A DNA stretch of 64,000 nt, from assembly GCA_018713305.1 (NCBI GenBank), contig DVFI01000026.1, positions 5,484 to 69,483 of the forward strand, read 5' to 3'. Source of the stretch: Candidatus Avichristensenella intestinipullorum (GTDB lineage Bacteria > Bacillota > Clostridia > Christensenellales > Aristaeellaceae). Positions within the stretch are counted from its first letter, which is position 1. Every line of letters begins with the position of its first letter. The translations under genes and the position numbers were made by a program. Below, in pieces: positions 62,605 to 64,000 of this stretch. The notes beneath the pieces were generated by a model. The model saw only the letters and a list, made by a program, of their open reading frames with translations. It had not been told where the DNA came from and made no database searches.

Positions 62605-62746
62605 ACACCTCCTTAAAATATAAAGAAAACGAGCCGGGCAGCAGCACCCGCTCGCACACAAAGAACACCCAATTCCTTGCCTGACAGACCCGGACTGACC
62701 ACAGCCGCCGGGTGAGAAGCGGGCCGCTTCCACTTACAGCCCGATT
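62605..62746 (-). promoter_or_regulatory. L20-type ribosomal protein leader with terminator/attenuator upstream of infC
   Basis: A ~140-nt structured leader between the promoter and the infC RBS. It ends in CGAGCGGG-ugcugcug-CCCGGCUCG followed by UUUUCUUUAUAUUUU, which abuts the SD. The position matches the Firmicute L20 leader; the fold itself was not verified. Confidence 0.5.
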
Positions 62747-62775
62747 AGCATATCACAGCGCCCCGCTTTTGTCAA
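62747..62775 (-). promoter_or_regulatory. sigma-70-type promoter of the infC-rpmI-rplT operon
   Basis: TTGACA, 17 nt, then TATGCT. Confidence 0.6.
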
Positions 62776-62923
62776 GGGCGGAGCGGAAAAAAGCGGAAGG
62801 CGGCGCGCGAAAAAAGCCGGATGGCGGACAAAACCGGCGGTTTTGCGCAGCCCGCAGGCGGCCTCCGCGCCGCCCGGCCCTTTCTTCGCGCGCGGCCGCC
62901 CGGCCCGCGCTTTGCACGGAGCG

Positions 62924-63697
62924 CTAGGACAGCGCGTGAAAGAGCATATCCACCACGACGGACTGGGCGTGCCGGGAGAGGTTTTCGCCCTTTCGGCCCA
63001 ATTCCGCCACGGGCGGCACGCGCAAACACGCGTCGGCCAGCCGGGCCAGCCGCGAACCCACGCGCGTAATGCAGACGGTCGGCGCGCCCTGCGCGCGGGC
63101 GTGTTCCACCGCCGTCCAGACGAGCTGGTTGCGGCCCGAATAGGAAATGCCCACCGCGACGTCGCGCGGCGTAATGTTGCGCGTGCCCGTCCTGCTCAGG
63201 AAGCTGTCGCTCTGAAAAAAGCACGGCTTGCCCAGGATCATCAGCTTCTGCATCAGCTCCTGCGCCACGCTGCCGGACGAGCCGACCCCGTACAGATATA
63301 CCATGTCCGCCTGCCCGATGAGCGAGACGGCGCGCCGGAAGTCCTCGCTCTCCTGCATCAGCGCCACCGTCTGATGGATGGCCGTCGTCAGGCTCTGCGC
63401 CAGGCGTTCCCCGTATTCGCCGATGGTCTCCTTCGCATCGTCCGCGCCCGCCCTGGGCGCCACGACGCCTGCGGCGTCCGCGCGGGCGAGCGACACAATC
63501 ATCTGCGCGTAGCGCTCAAAGCCGATGGCCCGCACGAAGCGCACCACCGTGCTCGCCGATACGCCCGCCGCCTGGGCAAGCTCCCGGATGTTCATCCGCT
63601 CCGCCAGCGCGGCGTGCGCGCACAGGTAGTCGGCCAGACGGCGCTCGGTGGCGGTCAGGCTTCCATACGCCTGCGCGACCAGCGCGAAATAGTCCAT
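62924..63697 (-). CDS. MurR/RpiR-family transcriptional regulator (HTH_6 plus SIS), second copy
   Basis: LTATERRLADYLCAH...NIRELAQAAGVSASTVVRFVRAIGF, then SIS (VYLYGVGSSG, ISYSGRN). ATG 63697 lies behind AAGGAGA. Confidence 0.8.
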   Translation of the reverse strand: MDYFALVAQAYGSLTATERRLADYLCAHAALAERMNIRELAQAAGVSASTVVRFVRAIGFERYAQMIVSLARADAAGVVAPRAGADDAKETIGEYGERLAQSLTTAIHQTVALMQESEDFRRAVSLIGQADMVYLYGVGSSGSVAQELMQKLMILGKPCFFQSDSFLSRTGTRNITPRDVAVGISYSGRNQLVWTAVEHARAQGAPTVCITRVGSRLARLADACLRVPPVAELGRKGENLSRHAQSVVVDMLFHALS

Positions 63698-63936
63698 AGT
63701 ATCTCTCCTTGCCTTGTGTACCATTTGAAACAATATACCAGATTGTGCTGCAAATTGCAACGGTTTCTTCCCTGTTTTCGACAATGTATCTTGGTTTTGT
63801 TTGGAGGTTTTTCCTTTCCCCGGATTTCACTTTTTCTTTGTATTGTCTTGATTTTCCCCGCTTTCCTGTCATTGCCCTGTTTGGCACAAATTTTCAAATG
63901 ATTTGTTTCATATTGAGTGTAAATTTCAGTTTTCTA

Positions 63937-63965
63937 TTGACACAATGTTTCTTTCATCGTATAAT
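63937..63965 (+). promoter_or_regulatory. consensus sigma-70 promoter for a gene starting just beyond the window end
   Basis: TTGACA, 17 nt, then TATAAT. The window ends in AAAGGGAGG, a likely RBS. Confidence 0.6.
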
Positions 63966-64000
63966 CGGGCCAGGCTGGCGGATGCCAGGGAAAAGGGAGG

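Noticed and set aside
1-64000. CRISPR arrays, tRNA/rRNA genes, transposases, integrases and prophage modules
   Set aside because: I scanned all intergenic regions and the ORF translations. I found no regularly spaced direct repeats, no cloverleaf-compatible sequences with GTTCGAATC-type T-arms plus an acceptor stem, and no DDE, tyrosine-recombinase or serine-recombinase motifs.

Overview
This is a visibly GC-rich chromosomal segment from a spore-forming, Clostridia-like Firmicute. The evidence is spoIIP, infC-rpmI-rplT behind an L20-type leader, zapA-mutS2, and the order recJ-relA-dtd-MBL-hemZ. I support about 55 protein genes, mostly on the minus strand. Many are translationally coupled through 4-nt ATGA/GTGA start/stop overlaps. 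I found no rRNA, tRNA, CRISPR array, transposase, integrase or phage module.

Gene content, in order:
- SNF2 helicase with a small PD-(D/E)xK-like partner, then an orphan ABC ATPase.
- CapA-family protein, a phospholipase-C-like protein and FucU.
- A membrane protein coupled to SpoIIP.
- HelD and a short (598 aa) AlaRS.
- THF riboswitch plus FolT.
- HtrA with a histidine kinase and response regulator, then MutS2, ZapA and cyclophilin.
- The recJ-relA-dtd-MBL-hemZ operon.
- An ABC-2 exporter-like module, then asd-dapA-dapB.
- A GNAT acetyltransferase, a flavodoxin remnant and a beta-lactamase-fold hydrolase.
- A secreted protein with four tandem C2HC zinc-finger-like motifs.
- An opp operon, DUF3899, a PP2C phosphatase and ApbE.
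- A second peptide-type ABC operon fused to MurR and an AmiE-like hydrolase, divergent from murQ-anmK.
- trmO, a TrmH-family methyltransferase, rplT-rpmI-infC, and an RpiR regulator.

Most interesting observations:
1. A family of three co-oriented ~70-nt structured intergenic elements that I cannot assign to any known class.
2. Unusually long intergenic tracts made of strings of perfect hairpins.
3. A murQ/anmK locus whose only transporter is an Opp/Dpp-type ABC importer, alongside a cytoplasmic AmiE-like hydrolase. This is a candidate ABC-dependent muropeptide salvage route.
4. The zinc-finger array on a signal-peptide protein.

Limits: start codons were chosen by eye from RBS spacing and overlaps and may be off by a few codons. 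All family calls come from motif recognition, not from searches.
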